DNA of 56,771 nucleotides from a bacterium. GTDB taxonomy: Bacteria > Margulisbacteria > Marinamargulisbacteria > UBA817 > JAQBTH01. The DNA is taken from positions 1 to 56,771 of the forward strand of contig JAQBTH010000002.1 in assembly GCA_027623425.1 (NCBI GenBank), in the 5' to 3' direction. The notes beneath the pieces were generated by a model. The model saw nothing but the letters and a program-made list of their open reading frames with translations. It was not told the DNA's origin and ran no database searches. Shown in pieces: positions 41,063-50,742 of the stretch; the first letter of the stretch is position 1; each line of letters starts with the position of its first letter. Both the position numbers and the translations under genes were made by a program.

Positions 41063-41956
41063 ATGACAGGACCAGAACTTAGTATTGTAATTGGTAGTTA
41101 TAACCAGAAAGACGTGCTGGAACGGGTTCTGCTTTCATTTAACGAGCAGAAAACGGATCGGATTTTCGAAGTCATTGTTGTGGATAGTTCGTCACCCGAT
41201 GGCACTGATAAAATGATGCAGGAGTTTCAGGCTAAATTTCTGTTTAAACCGATAGTTCAAGAGAACAATGGTAAGGCCGGTGCGCGTAATCGTGGCGTAC
41301 GTGAGGCGTCGGCTCCTCTTATTATGATTACGGATTCAGATATGATTGCTCATCCTGATTTGGTGGCAACGCACTTAAATGCCCATGATAAGGCTAAGAG
41401 CGCGTGTTGTTTTGAAGGGGTTACGATGAATATGACCCATCTGCATTGGCCGATTAATGACAATTATTTGTACCCGTATATCACAAAGGATTATTCCGAT
41501 GGGGATGCGTTAGGTTGGTACTATTTTTTAACCGGGAATATTAGTTTTCCAAAGGCTATTTTTGATGGTGAGGGTGGGTTTGACGAAACATTTCAGAGTT
41601 ATGGATGGGAAGACATTGAACTTGGATACCGTTTAAGTAAAAATGGTGTTCCCCTTCGCTTTTTAAAGAATGCCATTAATTATCATTATCATGTGGTTAC
41701 AAAGCAAGAAGAGATCGATCGTTGTTATAAAAAGGGTGAATCGGCAAAACTATTTTTAGCAAAACAGCCTGAATTAAAGTGGTTTTTGGGTTTGAATCCC
41801 ATTTCACGTATGATGCATCCGCGTATTAAAAAAGGCGGTTCATTTTATTCTAAGATGAAAGAAAAATGGTTGCCTAAAGGGGATGCTTCTGTAAAAGGGC
41901 GATTTGCGTTCTGGTTTTTAAAGGAACATGAATACCTTAGTGGCATTTTGTCTTAG
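41063..41956 (+). CDS. Glycosyltransferase family 2
   Basis: LSIVIGSYNQKDVLERVL, VIVVDSSSPDGT, NNGKAGARNRG, DSD (DxD). Confidence 0.85.
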   Translation: MTGPELSIVIGSYNQKDVLERVLLSFNEQKTDRIFEVIVVDSSSPDGTDKMMQEFQAKFLFKPIVQENNGKAGARNRGVREASAPLIMITDSDMIAHPDLVATHLNAHDKAKSACCFEGVTMNMTHLHWPINDNYLYPYITKDYSDGDALGWYYFLTGNISFPKAIFDGEGGFDETFQSYGWEDIELGYRLSKNGVPLRFLKNAINYHYHVVTKQEEIDRCYKKGESAKLFLAKQPELKWFLGLNPISRMMHPRIKKGGSFYSKMKEKWLPKGDASVKGRFAFWFLKEHEYLSGILS

Positions 41957-41965
41957 GAGACCCGT

Positions 41966-42511
41966 ATGAAACACATGACTCCAAAGGAAATATTAGACGA
42001 GTTTGACGCCTGGAAAGCAAAGGGTTTTGCCACGACTACCATGCTTAAAACGGCATTGTTGAATGAGTATAATCATGGGTATCGGTTTCAAATAGAATCC
42101 AAAGAGGCATTCCTTCATTTGGTTGTTGGTTATCTTGAAAAATGGGATGTATTAAGCCAGAAAACATTGGTTACGCGGCAAGGCCGACCGAATATGTTAA
42201 TTGAAGTGGCTGAGCGCATGAAAAAGAAGAAATGGACGTTTCAGGATTTTGCCGATGAAACGGTAAAGGGAAATTATAGCCCATCGTGGTTAAAAAAATG
42301 CGCTGATATAGAAGCTGATTTTAGTTGGGATAAATTTGGTGTGCTGTATACGATTCACCCGGATAAGGCGGAACTTAAAGCCTGCCCCAATGGGACATTG
42401 CGTATTGTGGATGGTATGCACCGAAGTTTTGTGTTGGCCAATATGTTGTTACACGACAAAATAGAGTATCAACCCATTACGACCATATTATTAACCCCAC
42501 GGCTAAGTTAA
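41966..42511 (+). CDS. Hypothetical protein with ParB/Srx-like DGxHR motif
   Basis: LRIVDGMHRSFVLA near the C-terminus resembles the ParB-N/sulfiredoxin-fold signature. Otherwise unassigned. Confidence 0.35.
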   Translation: MKHMTPKEILDEFDAWKAKGFATTTMLKTALLNEYNHGYRFQIESKEAFLHLVVGYLEKWDVLSQKTLVTRQGRPNMLIEVAERMKKKKWTFQDFADETVKGNYSPSWLKKCADIEADFSWDKFGVLYTIHPDKAELKACPNGTLRIVDGMHRSFVLANMLLHDKIEYQPITTILLTPRLS

Positions 42512-43066
42512 TAGTTTAAACGCACCTTGTCGAATTATGTTGGGGGGGTGAGCCGTGAAATCCACTAGTGTAGATGCGGTGGTTTGGGCTGGGGCTGTGG
42601 GGGGTGTATAGACGAAATCAATGTGTGATTCAATCTCTTTGGGTGGGTTAAGAGGATTCCATGCGATGGTGTTACCGGAATAGTTGGCGCTGGTGGAAAT
42701 TATGGGTAAAGGGGGAATGTGTGTGGATGGAATGCGTATGGCAATAGTGTCTCTGTTTCCGGTAAGTGTGTGGCTTACATTTGGGTGTTTTGGTAAAATT
42801 GCCGTTAGGGGTGCTGGCCAATATTGTGTGAGTGTTTCTAGTAGTGTTTGGGGTAGATTTGCAGTGTATAGGGATAAATGGCTTATGTTGGGTAGCACTA
42901 TAATAAAGCCCATATTTAAGTCTCGTTTTTTAAGGTGGCAAATGCGCGCGGCATTTTCTGGTGTTGGTAAGGCAATTATTCCCAATATGGTATCAGAATG
43001 GGCTAATCCAACTTCATTGTTTATAAGGGCGATTCTCAGATCTTCTGGTGTTGATATGCGTTTCAT
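42503..43066 (-). CDS. tsaC: L-threonylcarbamoyladenylate synthase (YrdC/TsaC family)
   Basis: TILGIIALP, KKRDLNMGFIIV, WPAPLTAILP, IAIRIPS, PIISTSANYSG. Start set at the ATG that forms an ATGA overlap with the upstream ATPase stop. Confidence 0.8.
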   Translation of the reverse strand: MKRISTPEDLRIALINNEVGLAHSDTILGIIALPTPENAARICHLKKRDLNMGFIIVLPNISHLSLYTANLPQTLLETLTQYWPAPLTAILPKHPNVSHTLTGNRDTIAIRIPSTHIPPLPIISTSANYSGNTIAWNPLNPPKEIESHIDFVYTPPTAPAQTTASTLVDFTAHPPNIIRQGAFKLLT

Positions 43067-44451
43067 GGTGTGTTTATTGTACACGAAATGGGCGCATCGT
43101 GAATGGCATGCATCAGCGCCTCAGCACTAAATTCTGTCGGTTTCCATTCTCGTAAGTCTAGCCACTCTGCATTTACAGTTCGTTCTTTGAAGCCATTGAA
43201 GTGGCACTTGAAGCAGCCCTCACCGTTACAGCTAGTACATGGCTTTGGAATTAATTGTTGAGACACAACGCCTTTTAAAGCGTGGCACAACATAAACGGA
43301 TCGCAACCAAACTGAAGAAGGCGAATCAGTGTGTTTTTGGCGTCGCTTGTGTGAAGAGACGACATGACTAGATGGCCTGTATAGGCGGCTTCCAAGGCTA
43401 TTTTGGCGGTTTCTTTATCTCGAATTTCACCGATAAAGATGATGTCTGGGTCATGGCGTAGTAGTGCTTTTAGTCCTGCTTTAAAATCGTAACCAATTGC
43501 GGTATTAATTTGCGATTGGCGCACATTGGCAATGGGGCACTCAATGGGGTCTTCGAGGCTTACGATCTGGGGGCGGTCTTCTTTCAAACGGTCGTTGATA
43601 CACGCATACAGTGTGGTGGTTTTTCCGGACCCAGTGGGTCCCGTGACAAGCACCAGGCCTGATTTCAGGCGCATTGTGTCACGCAACCCTGCGCACAGGG
43701 TTGGGGAAAACCCAAGTTCTTCTAAGCTTGCACTTAGTGTGTTGTGGCCCATGCGACGTATGGCAAATTCTTCTCCAAAAATACACGGTAGGCTTGCCAC
43801 TCGTACGTTTATATCCTCTTTGTCATCTTGTGGCAGTATGATTTGCCCGTCTTGGGGGGTAAGCGAGTTGTCTAGCGTCATATGCGCATGGTACTTTAAT
43901 TGTTGGCACAGCTGCTGGCCTTTTTCCAGAGTTAGCGTGTTATAGAATACCCGTTTTCCGGAGACCCTAAAGAAAATGGTCATGCCAGAGGCATGACGGT
44001 GTAAATGGGCATCGCTGGCATCTTTGCTAACCATATCGATTAACAGATTTTCCATAAGAGAGGCATTTATGGTGTTGGTTTGTATAGGTTGTGCCAGCTG
44101 GCGTAGCAACGCGCTTGGCATTAGTAATGGTACGATATCGCCTGTTTCAGGTAGGGTAAATGGGGAATTGGTTGCCACATATGTGGTTCCATTTGATGTG
44201 AAGAGTGGAATTCCATAGCGATGTGACTTTCCCTTTTCTAGTGGGTCAGGAATTGGAATGGTGTCGCTTTCAAAGTGCCAATTAAATGTTTCGGCAAGTT
44301 GCTCAAGGATGTCGTGTTCGGAGATGTGATGATGTTGTATGAGGAGTTGGAGTTTCTCTTGGTTTGTTAACGCCTTTGTTTTTGGATTTTCATCAAATGA
44401 AATGCCAAATTGTGTCACACAAAACTGATTAAACGTGTCCCCCGAAATCAT
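43063..44451 (-). CDS. GspE/PilB-family secretion ATPase (type II secretion / type IV pilus-like), orphan
   Basis: N-terminal T2SSE_N-like domain, Walker A GPTGSGKTTT, SLEDPIE, IFIGEIRD, tetracysteine CTSCNGEGCFKC. No GspF/PilC, secretin or pilin genes in the window. Confidence 0.85.
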   Translation of the reverse strand: MISGDTFNQFCVTQFGISFDENPKTKALTNQEKLQLLIQHHHISEHDILEQLAETFNWHFESDTIPIPDPLEKGKSHRYGIPLFTSNGTTYVATNSPFTLPETGDIVPLLMPSALLRQLAQPIQTNTINASLMENLLIDMVSKDASDAHLHRHASGMTIFFRVSGKRVFYNTLTLEKGQQLCQQLKYHAHMTLDNSLTPQDGQIILPQDDKEDINVRVASLPCIFGEEFAIRRMGHNTLSASLEELGFSPTLCAGLRDTMRLKSGLVLVTGPTGSGKTTTLYACINDRLKEDRPQIVSLEDPIECPIANVRQSQINTAIGYDFKAGLKALLRHDPDIIFIGEIRDKETAKIALEAAYTGHLVMSSLHTSDAKNTLIRLLQFGCDPFMLCHALKGVVSQQLIPKPCTSCNGEGCFKCHFNGFKERTVNAEWLDLREWKPTEFSAEALMHAIHDAPISCTINTP

Positions 44452-44458
44452 GTTGCTA

Positions 44459-44770
44459 TTATACCAAGGTTAAATGATTCCCACAATTTGGGCAGGTGTC
44501 TGTTGCCCGTGTGGCTTCATGGCCACATTTACTACACAGCGTTCCAGATAGTTTAGGTGTGTAGGCCTTGTGTTTTGGTTTGGGCGGCGCACCAGGATGA
44601 CGGCGCTCTCTGGCAAAAATAACGATAACAATGGCTAAAATTGGCAGGGCAAATGTGGCAACGCCTGCCGCTATGGCGAGTAGGGGGCTTTTTCGTTGTT
44701 GATATACGTAGTAACCAATCCAGGCCGCTGATAAGAGTCGGATTATTAAAGTTCCAGGAGGCATTGGCAA
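44459..44770 (-). CDS. Small membrane protein with two TM helices and a C-terminal zinc ribbon
   Basis: LLSAAWIGYYVY and LLAIAAGVATFALPILAIVIVIF, followed by CSKCGHEATRATDTCPNCG. Confidence 0.6.
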   Translation of the reverse strand: MPMPPGTLIIRLLSAAWIGYYVYQQRKSPLLAIAAGVATFALPILAIVIVIFARERRHPGAPPKPKHKAYTPKLSGTLCSKCGHEATRATDTCPNCGNHLTLV

Positions 44771-44772
44771 AA

Positions 44773-45210
44773 CTAGATGTGCTTAGCCATTCTGACGCTT
44801 GTGCCTTTACCCTTTGTTGAGTTAAAGTCAGCCACATCCATTAAGCTTTTAATAAATGTCATACCAAGTCCTAGGCTGGAGCGCTCATCGCCCATTGGTT
44901 CGCCTTCTTTGTTCGCCTTGATGGCTTCCACTTCAGACATGTCGAATCCTTTACCATGGTCTTCCACAATGATTTCCAGTTTCTCTTTATATAGGTTGCA
45001 GGTAATGTAAACGCGACCTTGGCTCTTGTCTTCGTACGCATACTGAACGGAGTTTGTGCAGGCTTCGGATACTGCAATTTTAATATCTTCAATTTCTTCG
45101 ATTGAGAAATTCATTCGTGTGGCGATTCCAGAGACGGCGAGGCGCACAACGCCTACAAAGTCGGATGCACAGGGTATTTCAAGGTTAATGGTTTCTACTG
45201 TAGGGGTCAT
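44773..45210 (-). CDS. Anti-sigma factor serine kinase (RsbW/SpoIIAB family, HATPase_c)
   Basis: N-box EACTNSVQYAY, G1 DHGKGF, G2 GLGMTF; 145 aa. Confidence 0.85.
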   Translation of the reverse strand: MTPTVETINLEIPCASDFVGVVRLAVSGIATRMNFSIEEIEDIKIAVSEACTNSVQYAYEDKSQGRVYITCNLYKEKLEIIVEDHGKGFDMSEVEAIKANKEGEPMGDERSSLGLGMTFIKSLMDVADFNSTKGKGTSVRMAKHI

Positions 45211-45225
45211 TTTGACTATCCTTTA

Positions 45226-45573
45226 TTAGGTGTTCTTTACGGCTTCAGCCTCAATGTCATATATATTAACATTTTTTTGGTTAAGACCGGAAACCTCAAA
45301 AATTTTCACGAGTTGGGGCTTGGTGCAAACCACGTTTAGCCGACCGCCTTGTGTTGATAGGTTTTCAGCACTAAGGGCAATGGCGCCTAAACCCGTGCTA
45401 TCAATGTAATGAACGTTTTCTAGGTTTAATACAACCGCTTTAGGATGGTTTGCCATCGCAGAGCCAATTGATTCCGTAAGGCGAGGTGATGTGTAAATGT
45501 CGATCTCACCATCTACGCTGATAACGGGTACGGAATTTGTTTCACTTGTTGTAATTTTGAAGTCTAAAGGCAT
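45226..45573 (-). CDS. Anti-sigma factor antagonist (STAS domain, RsbV/SpoIIAA family)
   Basis: 115 aa; VHYIDSTGLGAI with the conserved phosphorylatable Ser. AGAGGA SD. Confidence 0.85.
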   Translation of the reverse strand: MPLDFKITTSETNSVPVISVDGEIDIYTSPRLTESIGSAMANHPKAVVLNLENVHYIDSTGLGAIALSAENLSTQGGRLNVVCTKPQLVKIFEVSGLNQKNVNIYDIEAEAVKNT

Positions 45574-45649
45574 CGTGTGTTCCTCTATTTATATTAAATT
45601 TATTTTTAGGGGAGTAAGCTGTGGGTAATATAATCATATTTTCAGCTTC

Positions 45650-45679
45650 TTGACAACTATTAGGGTTTAGTACTAATAT
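45650..45679 (+). promoter_or_regulatory. Sigma-70-type promoter candidate for rpmE-prfA-prmC
   Basis: TTGACA (45650-45655) - 18 nt - TAATAT (45674-45679), 38 nt upstream of the ATG at 45717. Confidence 0.55.
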
Positions 45680-45716
45680 TCACTCTCTGTTGAGGCTGAG
45701 AGGACTGACATTAATT

Positions 45717-45947
45717 ATGGTAAAACAAGCAACAAAAAAAGACGAAACTAAAGGTAGCAAGACTATCCCTTACCACAAAATCACAATAAGCTGTGCATGT
45801 GGTGCAGAATTCGAAGCAGGATCTACATTAGAATCCCTTCGTGTGGACATTTGCTCTCAGTGTCATCCGTTTTTCACTGGTGATAAACGAATTGTGGATG
45901 CTGAAGGTCGCGTCGAGAAATTCAAGAAAAAATATAAAATGAATTAG
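45717..45947 (+). CDS. rpmE: 50S ribosomal protein L31 (Zn-ribbon type)
   Basis: CACGAEF...[10 protein letters not shown] motif; 76 aa from ATG 45717. Confidence 0.93.
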   Translation: MVKQATKKDETKGSKTIPYHKITISCACGAEFEAGSTLESLRVDICSQCHPFFTGDKRIVDAEGRVEKFKKKYKMN

Positions 45948-45964
45948 CCAGATAGGCGTTTTTA

Positions 45965-47023
45965 GTGATCGAGCAATTTAAGGATATAGAACATAAGTTT
46001 GCCGAGATCGAGCGTCGCATTGGTGATCCCGAGATTATTTCTGATCAAAAGAAATATCAGGAGTTAATTCGCCAGCACGCTGAGATAAAGGAAGTTGTTG
46101 AAGTCTACCGGCGGTATCAACGGGTAGATAAAGAACTTTCAGAAGCAAAGGAATTGTTAAAAGACCCCGACATGGCTGACATGGCCGGAGATGAAGTTGA
46201 TTCCTTAAAGGATGAACAAAAAAAGCTGTATAACAAATTGCAGCTTTTCTTGATTCCGAAAGACCCGAATGATAAGCGCAATGTGATCGTTGAGATTCGG
46301 CAGGGTACAGGTGGGGAAGAGGCGGCGCTTTTTGCTGAAGACTTGTACCGCATGTATATACGGTATGCGGAGTCTCGCGGTTGGAAAGTGGAAACTATGT
46401 CTGTTAATTCAACGGGTATTGGTGGTATTAAAGAGGCATCCTTTTTAGTATCTGGTGATTCTGTGTTCAGGCGATTAAAATTTGAAATGGGTACCCACCG
46501 TGTGCAACGTGTGCCGACTACGGAAGCATCGGGGCGTATTCATACGAGTGCGGCGACGGTTGCCATTATGCCTGAGGTAGAGGCTGTGGATGTTGAGATT
46601 CGGGATAAAGATCTTCGTATTGATACCTATCGTGCCTCTGGGGCGGGTGGTCAGCACATTAACAAAACGGATTCAGCCGTGCGCATTACCCATATGCCAA
46701 CAGGTGTGGTTGTGGCGTGTCAGGATGAACGTTCGCAGTTTCAGAACAAAGAGAAGGCAATGAAATTATTGTGCGCTCGAATTTACGAAGCTCAAATAGA
46801 AGCCCAACGCAAAACCCATGCGGAATTGCGTAAGAGCCAGGTGGGTAGTGGTGATAGAAGTGAGAAAATTCGAACTTACAACTTCCCACAAAATAGGGTG
46901 ACTGATCATCGTGTTAATTACACAACGCACACGTTAGACAAAGTGCTTGATGGTGAGATTGATGATATTATCGATGCGCTTGTGCAAGCTGACCAACTCT
47001 TAAAGTTGGCGTCTCAGAAATAG
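45965..47023 (+). CDS. prfA: Peptide chain release factor 1
   Basis: VEIRQGTGGEEAALFAEDLYRMYIRYAESRGWKVE, GAGGQHINKT (GGQ). GTG start, followed by prmC. Confidence 0.93.
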   Translation: MIEQFKDIEHKFAEIERRIGDPEIISDQKKYQELIRQHAEIKEVVEVYRRYQRVDKELSEAKELLKDPDMADMAGDEVDSLKDEQKKLYNKLQLFLIPKDPNDKRNVIVEIRQGTGGEEAALFAEDLYRMYIRYAESRGWKVETMSVNSTGIGGIKEASFLVSGDSVFRRLKFEMGTHRVQRVPTTEASGRIHTSAATVAIMPEVEAVDVEIRDKDLRIDTYRASGAGGQHINKTDSAVRITHMPTGVVVACQDERSQFQNKEKAMKLLCARIYEAQIEAQRKTHAELRKSQVGSGDRSEKIRTYNFPQNRVTDHRVNYTTHTLDKVLDGEIDDIIDALVQADQLLKLASQK

Positions 47024-47892
47024 TGGTTGAACCGATAGAAACAATTGCCTCACTGCATGAGTGGGGGTGTACTGTTTTGGGGACAGAGCAGTCTTATGAT
47101 GTTCGATTATTATTAAGTTCTGCTTTGAATCAGCCCTTAAGCTATTTGATTGGGCATCCCGATGAACGTGTTTCAAATGCTCAGTTTGTGCAGTATAAAT
47201 CGATGATAAAACGGCGTCAGTTGCACGAGCCTGTTGCCTATATTTTAGGCGAAGTGGGGTTTGGCCCACGGATGTATCGGGTGGCAGCAGACGTGTTGGT
47301 GCCGCGACCTGAAACGGAATTATTGGTTGAGGCGGCATTGGGAATGGTGTCGGATGGGGTAGATGTTAGTGTGCTTGAATGTGGAATAGGGTCTGGTGTT
47401 GTGGCGTGTGAAATCGGCTTAAATCGTGCTAAGGCGCAACTATCGGGTTGGGATATAAATCCCACAGCGGTGTCACTTTCTAAAGACAATGCGTCTTTGC
47501 ATGGGGTAACAAACGTGTCGGTATATCAGGGTGATTTCTTTTCTGGTGTGCGTAGCGGTGGGTATTTTCCGTCTGATTTACCTATTTTATTGGTTTCTAA
47601 TCCGCCTTATATTCCCTCTTCTGATATTGAGGGTTTGGATGCGACTGTGCGGGATTATGAGTCTAGAGTGGCGCTTGATGGCGGAGAAACTGGCTATGAT
47701 TTTTATGTGGAATTGGCAAAATTAATGCGCGATATTTTAGATTCGGGTACTCGTGTTTCCATGTGTTGCGAGTTTGGGATGGGCCAAGAAAATGGGATTC
47801 GGGATATTTGCGCGAGATACAATTTAGGCCCGATTGGTTTTGATCGGGATTATTCGGGGATATATCGTGTGATGAGAGTTGGTATAATGTAA
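47023..47892 (+). CDS. prmC: Release-factor glutamine N5-methyltransferase
   Basis: EPVAYILGE, LVPRPETE, VSNPPYI. The GTG start overlaps the prfA stop (TAGTG). Confidence 0.88.
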   Translation: MVEPIETIASLHEWGCTVLGTEQSYDVRLLLSSALNQPLSYLIGHPDERVSNAQFVQYKSMIKRRQLHEPVAYILGEVGFGPRMYRVAADVLVPRPETELLVEAALGMVSDGVDVSVLECGIGSGVVACEIGLNRAKAQLSGWDINPTAVSLSKDNASLHGVTNVSVYQGDFFSGVRSGGYFPSDLPILLVSNPPYIPSSDIEGLDATVRDYESRVALDGGETGYDFYVELAKLMRDILDSGTRVSMCCEFGMGQENGIRDICARYNLGPIGFDRDYSGIYRVMRVGIM

Positions 47893-47895
47893 GCT

Positions 47896-50742
47896 ATGAA
47901 GGGTATTTATGTAAGTGTTGACCTTGAAAGTACGGGGTTAAGTGCGGAACAAAACGAAATAATTGAAATTGGCGCTGTGAAAATGGTGGATGGGGAGATT
48001 GTGGGTCGTTTTGAGACCTTGGTTAGACCTAATGGTAAGGTGCCGCCATTTATATTTAAGTTAACAGGTATCAATCGCCATCGCTTGAAAGAGGCGCCGC
48101 CGATTGAGGCTGTTATTGATGAGTTTCTCGACTTTTTGGGTGATGCGGTATTTTTAGCCCATAATGTGCCATTCGATTTTGGGATGGTGAACCGAACTTT
48201 AAAACGCTTAGGGCGTCCGCGATTAAAAAATCGTACGATTGATACGCGCGATTTGGCGATTATGTTGTTGCCGGATCAACCGTCACATAAATTGTCTATT
48301 TTGGGGCCGGCATGTGGGTTTCCGCATCCTGATGCGCACCGTGCACTTGCGGATGCTGAAATGGTAGTTCATCTATTTAAAATGATGGTGGCACAATTAA
48401 ATGAGTTAAATCCTGTTGTTTTGCGCGAATCGCAGCGGTTGTTGCGGTCTCAACCAAAGTATATGGATCTAAGGGAATTTGTGGCTGAGTTTTATGAGCC
48501 CGAAACGGTGCATCATCGATTGGATTACAAGCATTTTGTGGCGCCGAAGCGTCTAGAACACGATGTGGAACTGGTGTTGCGCGACACACCTAAACGTCGT
48601 GATGACTGGTCAGACGTGATTGCCGGTTTCGAGGCGCGCGAGGGGCAAAAACAGTTTAGCACTTATGTGTCTGAACTGATTGAGGGTGGTAAGCATGGCG
48701 TGATAGAGGCCGCGACCGGTGTTGGCAAAACGCTTGGGTATTTGGTTCCCGCGTTGCGTTATGGGTTGGCCCATGATGAGCCGGTAATTGTAAGTACAAA
48801 AACAAAGGTGTTGCAGTCTCAGATTTTTGATTATGAATTGCCACGCGCGGCTAAAATATTGGGTCGCGAAGTGCGTGCTGTTGTGGCCAAAGGGCGTGAT
48901 AATTATGTGGATGTGCGTCGTTTTGATGCCTTGTATAAAACCTTTCTGCGCGACCCGGATTTAGCCGGAAAAGACAAGGATGATGCCTTGGTGTTTTTGG
49001 GTTTATTGAAGTGGATCGTGACCACAGATACGGGCGATGTGAATGAGCTTCACCCGGTGATCTTATCGCGATTTGGGCATAAAATTAGGTTTTCTTCCGA
49101 GATTCCAACCCAATCCTATCAAGCGTCTATTTGTTTTCTTGCGCAATTGCGGCGCCAACTTAAAACCGTAGATATTATTATTACAAACCATGCCTTGGTG
49201 ATGGCGGATGCGGCAGCTGGATCGGGTATTTTGCCGCAGGCCCCCGTGGTGGTGTTTGACGAGGCACATGCTTTAGAAGAAGTGGCCACGAGTAGTTTTT
49301 CAAAGAGTTATTATCATTTCTTATTTCAAGAGTTTTTGAGTAGTTTGGTGGATAAGGCTAGAGAAGGATTTGTGAGTACGCTACGAGCCTCTCTTTACCT
49401 GTTTGATGATGACGATTGTGATTCGCTTAAATCGTCTATTATCGCGATTAAAGAACTATCTAATATTGCCTCAGAGCACCATCGCACGTTAATGCGTGGG
49501 TTGGAAACGGTGCTAAGTGAGCAAGACATGTTTTCTGCCAAATCCCAATTGATGTTAACCGAAGATGTGTTGCTGAACCCTGCGTGGAGAGACGTGTTTA
49601 GTACGTTTGAGCAATTGCGAGAATCGTTGTTGCAGATTGAATCTTTATTGGAACAATGTGCCACTATTTTAGTGCTTTATAACCGAAACGCCGTTGGTGA
49701 ATTGAATTATTTATTGCAGGTTGTTCGCGATAAATTGTCTGACATGATTAGCCGTGTTCAATTTATTTTTGAGCCGGATTCGGATTTTGTGTCGTGGTTG
49801 GAAGTGGGTAAACATGTGAGTTGGCAAGGTATTTCCATTACCGCTGCGCCGGTGCATTGTGGGGCGTTGATTCGTGAAAATGTTATGAATCAGCATCGTA
49901 GTGTGTTGTGTGTGTCGGCTACGTTACAAACGAAAGGCTCGTTTGATTTTTATTTGGACCGTGTGGGTCTATCGCATTTAGACGTGTTTACTGAGTCTGT
50001 AGGCTCTGATTTTGATTATGGTACACAAGCGTTATTTGCAAATGGTGTGGATATGGAATCCTATGAAGAATTGGATCAGCACCCCAAAGCAATGGCGAGT
50101 TATATTTCGAAAATCGCGACGACTTTTAATGGCAGGACCCTAATTTTGTTTACTAGTTTTGCCACAATGAATCAGGTGTACAGTGTGGTTAAGCCCAAAT
50201 TGGCTCAAGAGGGTATTCAGTTGTTGTGTCAGGGTAAACATGGCACGCGAGAGAGTATCTTACAGCGTTTTAAAACGGTGGGGCAACGCGCTGTTATTTT
50301 AGGTGTGGATAGTTTTTGGGAGGGTGTGGATATTATGGGAGAGGCATTATCCGCAGTAGTGGTAACAAAATTGCCATTTCCTGTGCCCTCAGACCCCCTG
50401 CATTACGCGCGCATTTCGGCTATTGAAGAAGCCGGTGGCAATGGGTTTATGGATTATTTAGTACCATTAGCGGTGTTGAAATTTCGCCAGGGCATTGGCC
50501 GTTTGATTCGTAGTAAAACCGATAAGGGTGTGGTGTTTGTCATGGATGACAGGATGTTTCGGCGCGGCTACGGAAAATACTTTCGCCGTGAACTTGAGCA
50601 TTTTGCCTATCAAGCGGGGCAGTTTGAAAGCCTTCTTGAACTGTGTCGAGCGTGGTATGATGGTGACCAATTGCATTTAGATGCGTTGAAAACATTGGTT
50701 GATGACAGAATGTCGGATGCCTTGGAGAAGGATAAACAGTGA
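47896..50742 (+). CDS. dinG: DinG-family ATP-dependent helicase with N-terminal DnaQ-like 3'-5' exonuclease domain
   Basis: Exo I VSVDLESTGL, Exo III HRALADA. Helicase motifs AATGVGKTLGY and VVFDEAHALEE (DEAH). C-terminal RecA-like domain. Confidence 0.85.
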   Translation: MKGIYVSVDLESTGLSAEQNEIIEIGAVKMVDGEIVGRFETLVRPNGKVPPFIFKLTGINRHRLKEAPPIEAVIDEFLDFLGDAVFLAHNVPFDFGMVNRTLKRLGRPRLKNRTIDTRDLAIMLLPDQPSHKLSILGPACGFPHPDAHRALADAEMVVHLFKMMVAQLNELNPVVLRESQRLLRSQPKYMDLREFVAEFYEPETVHHRLDYKHFVAPKRLEHDVELVLRDTPKRRDDWSDVIAGFEAREGQKQFSTYVSELIEGGKHGVIEAATGVGKTLGYLVPALRYGLAHDEPVIVSTKTKVLQSQIFDYELPRAAKILGREVRAVVAKGRDNYVDVRRFDALYKTFLRDPDLAGKDKDDALVFLGLLKWIVTTDTGDVNELHPVILSRFGHKIRFSSEIPTQSYQASICFLAQLRRQLKTVDIIITNHALVMADAAAGSGILPQAPVVVFDEAHALEEVATSSFSKSYYHFLFQEFLSSLVDKAREGFVSTLRASLYLFDDDDCDSLKSSIIAIKELSNIASEHHRTLMRGLETVLSEQDMFSAKSQLMLTEDVLLNPAWRDVFSTFEQLRESLLQIESLLEQCATILVLYNRNAVGELNYLLQVVRDKLSDMISRVQFIFEPDSDFVSWLEVGKHVSWQGISITAAPVHCGALIRENVMNQHRSVLCVSATLQTKGSFDFYLDRVGLSHLDVFTESVGSDFDYGTQALFANGVDMESYEELDQHPKAMASYISKIATTFNGRTLILFTSFATMNQVYSVVKPKLAQEGIQLLCQGKHGTRESILQRFKTVGQRAVILGVDSFWEGVDIMGEALSAVVVTKLPFPVPSDPLHYARISAIEEAGGNGFMDYLVPLAVLKFRQGIGRLIRSKTDKGVVFVMDDRMFRRGYGKYFRRELEHFAYQAGQFESLLELCRAWYDGDQLHLDALKTLVDDRMSDALEKDKQ

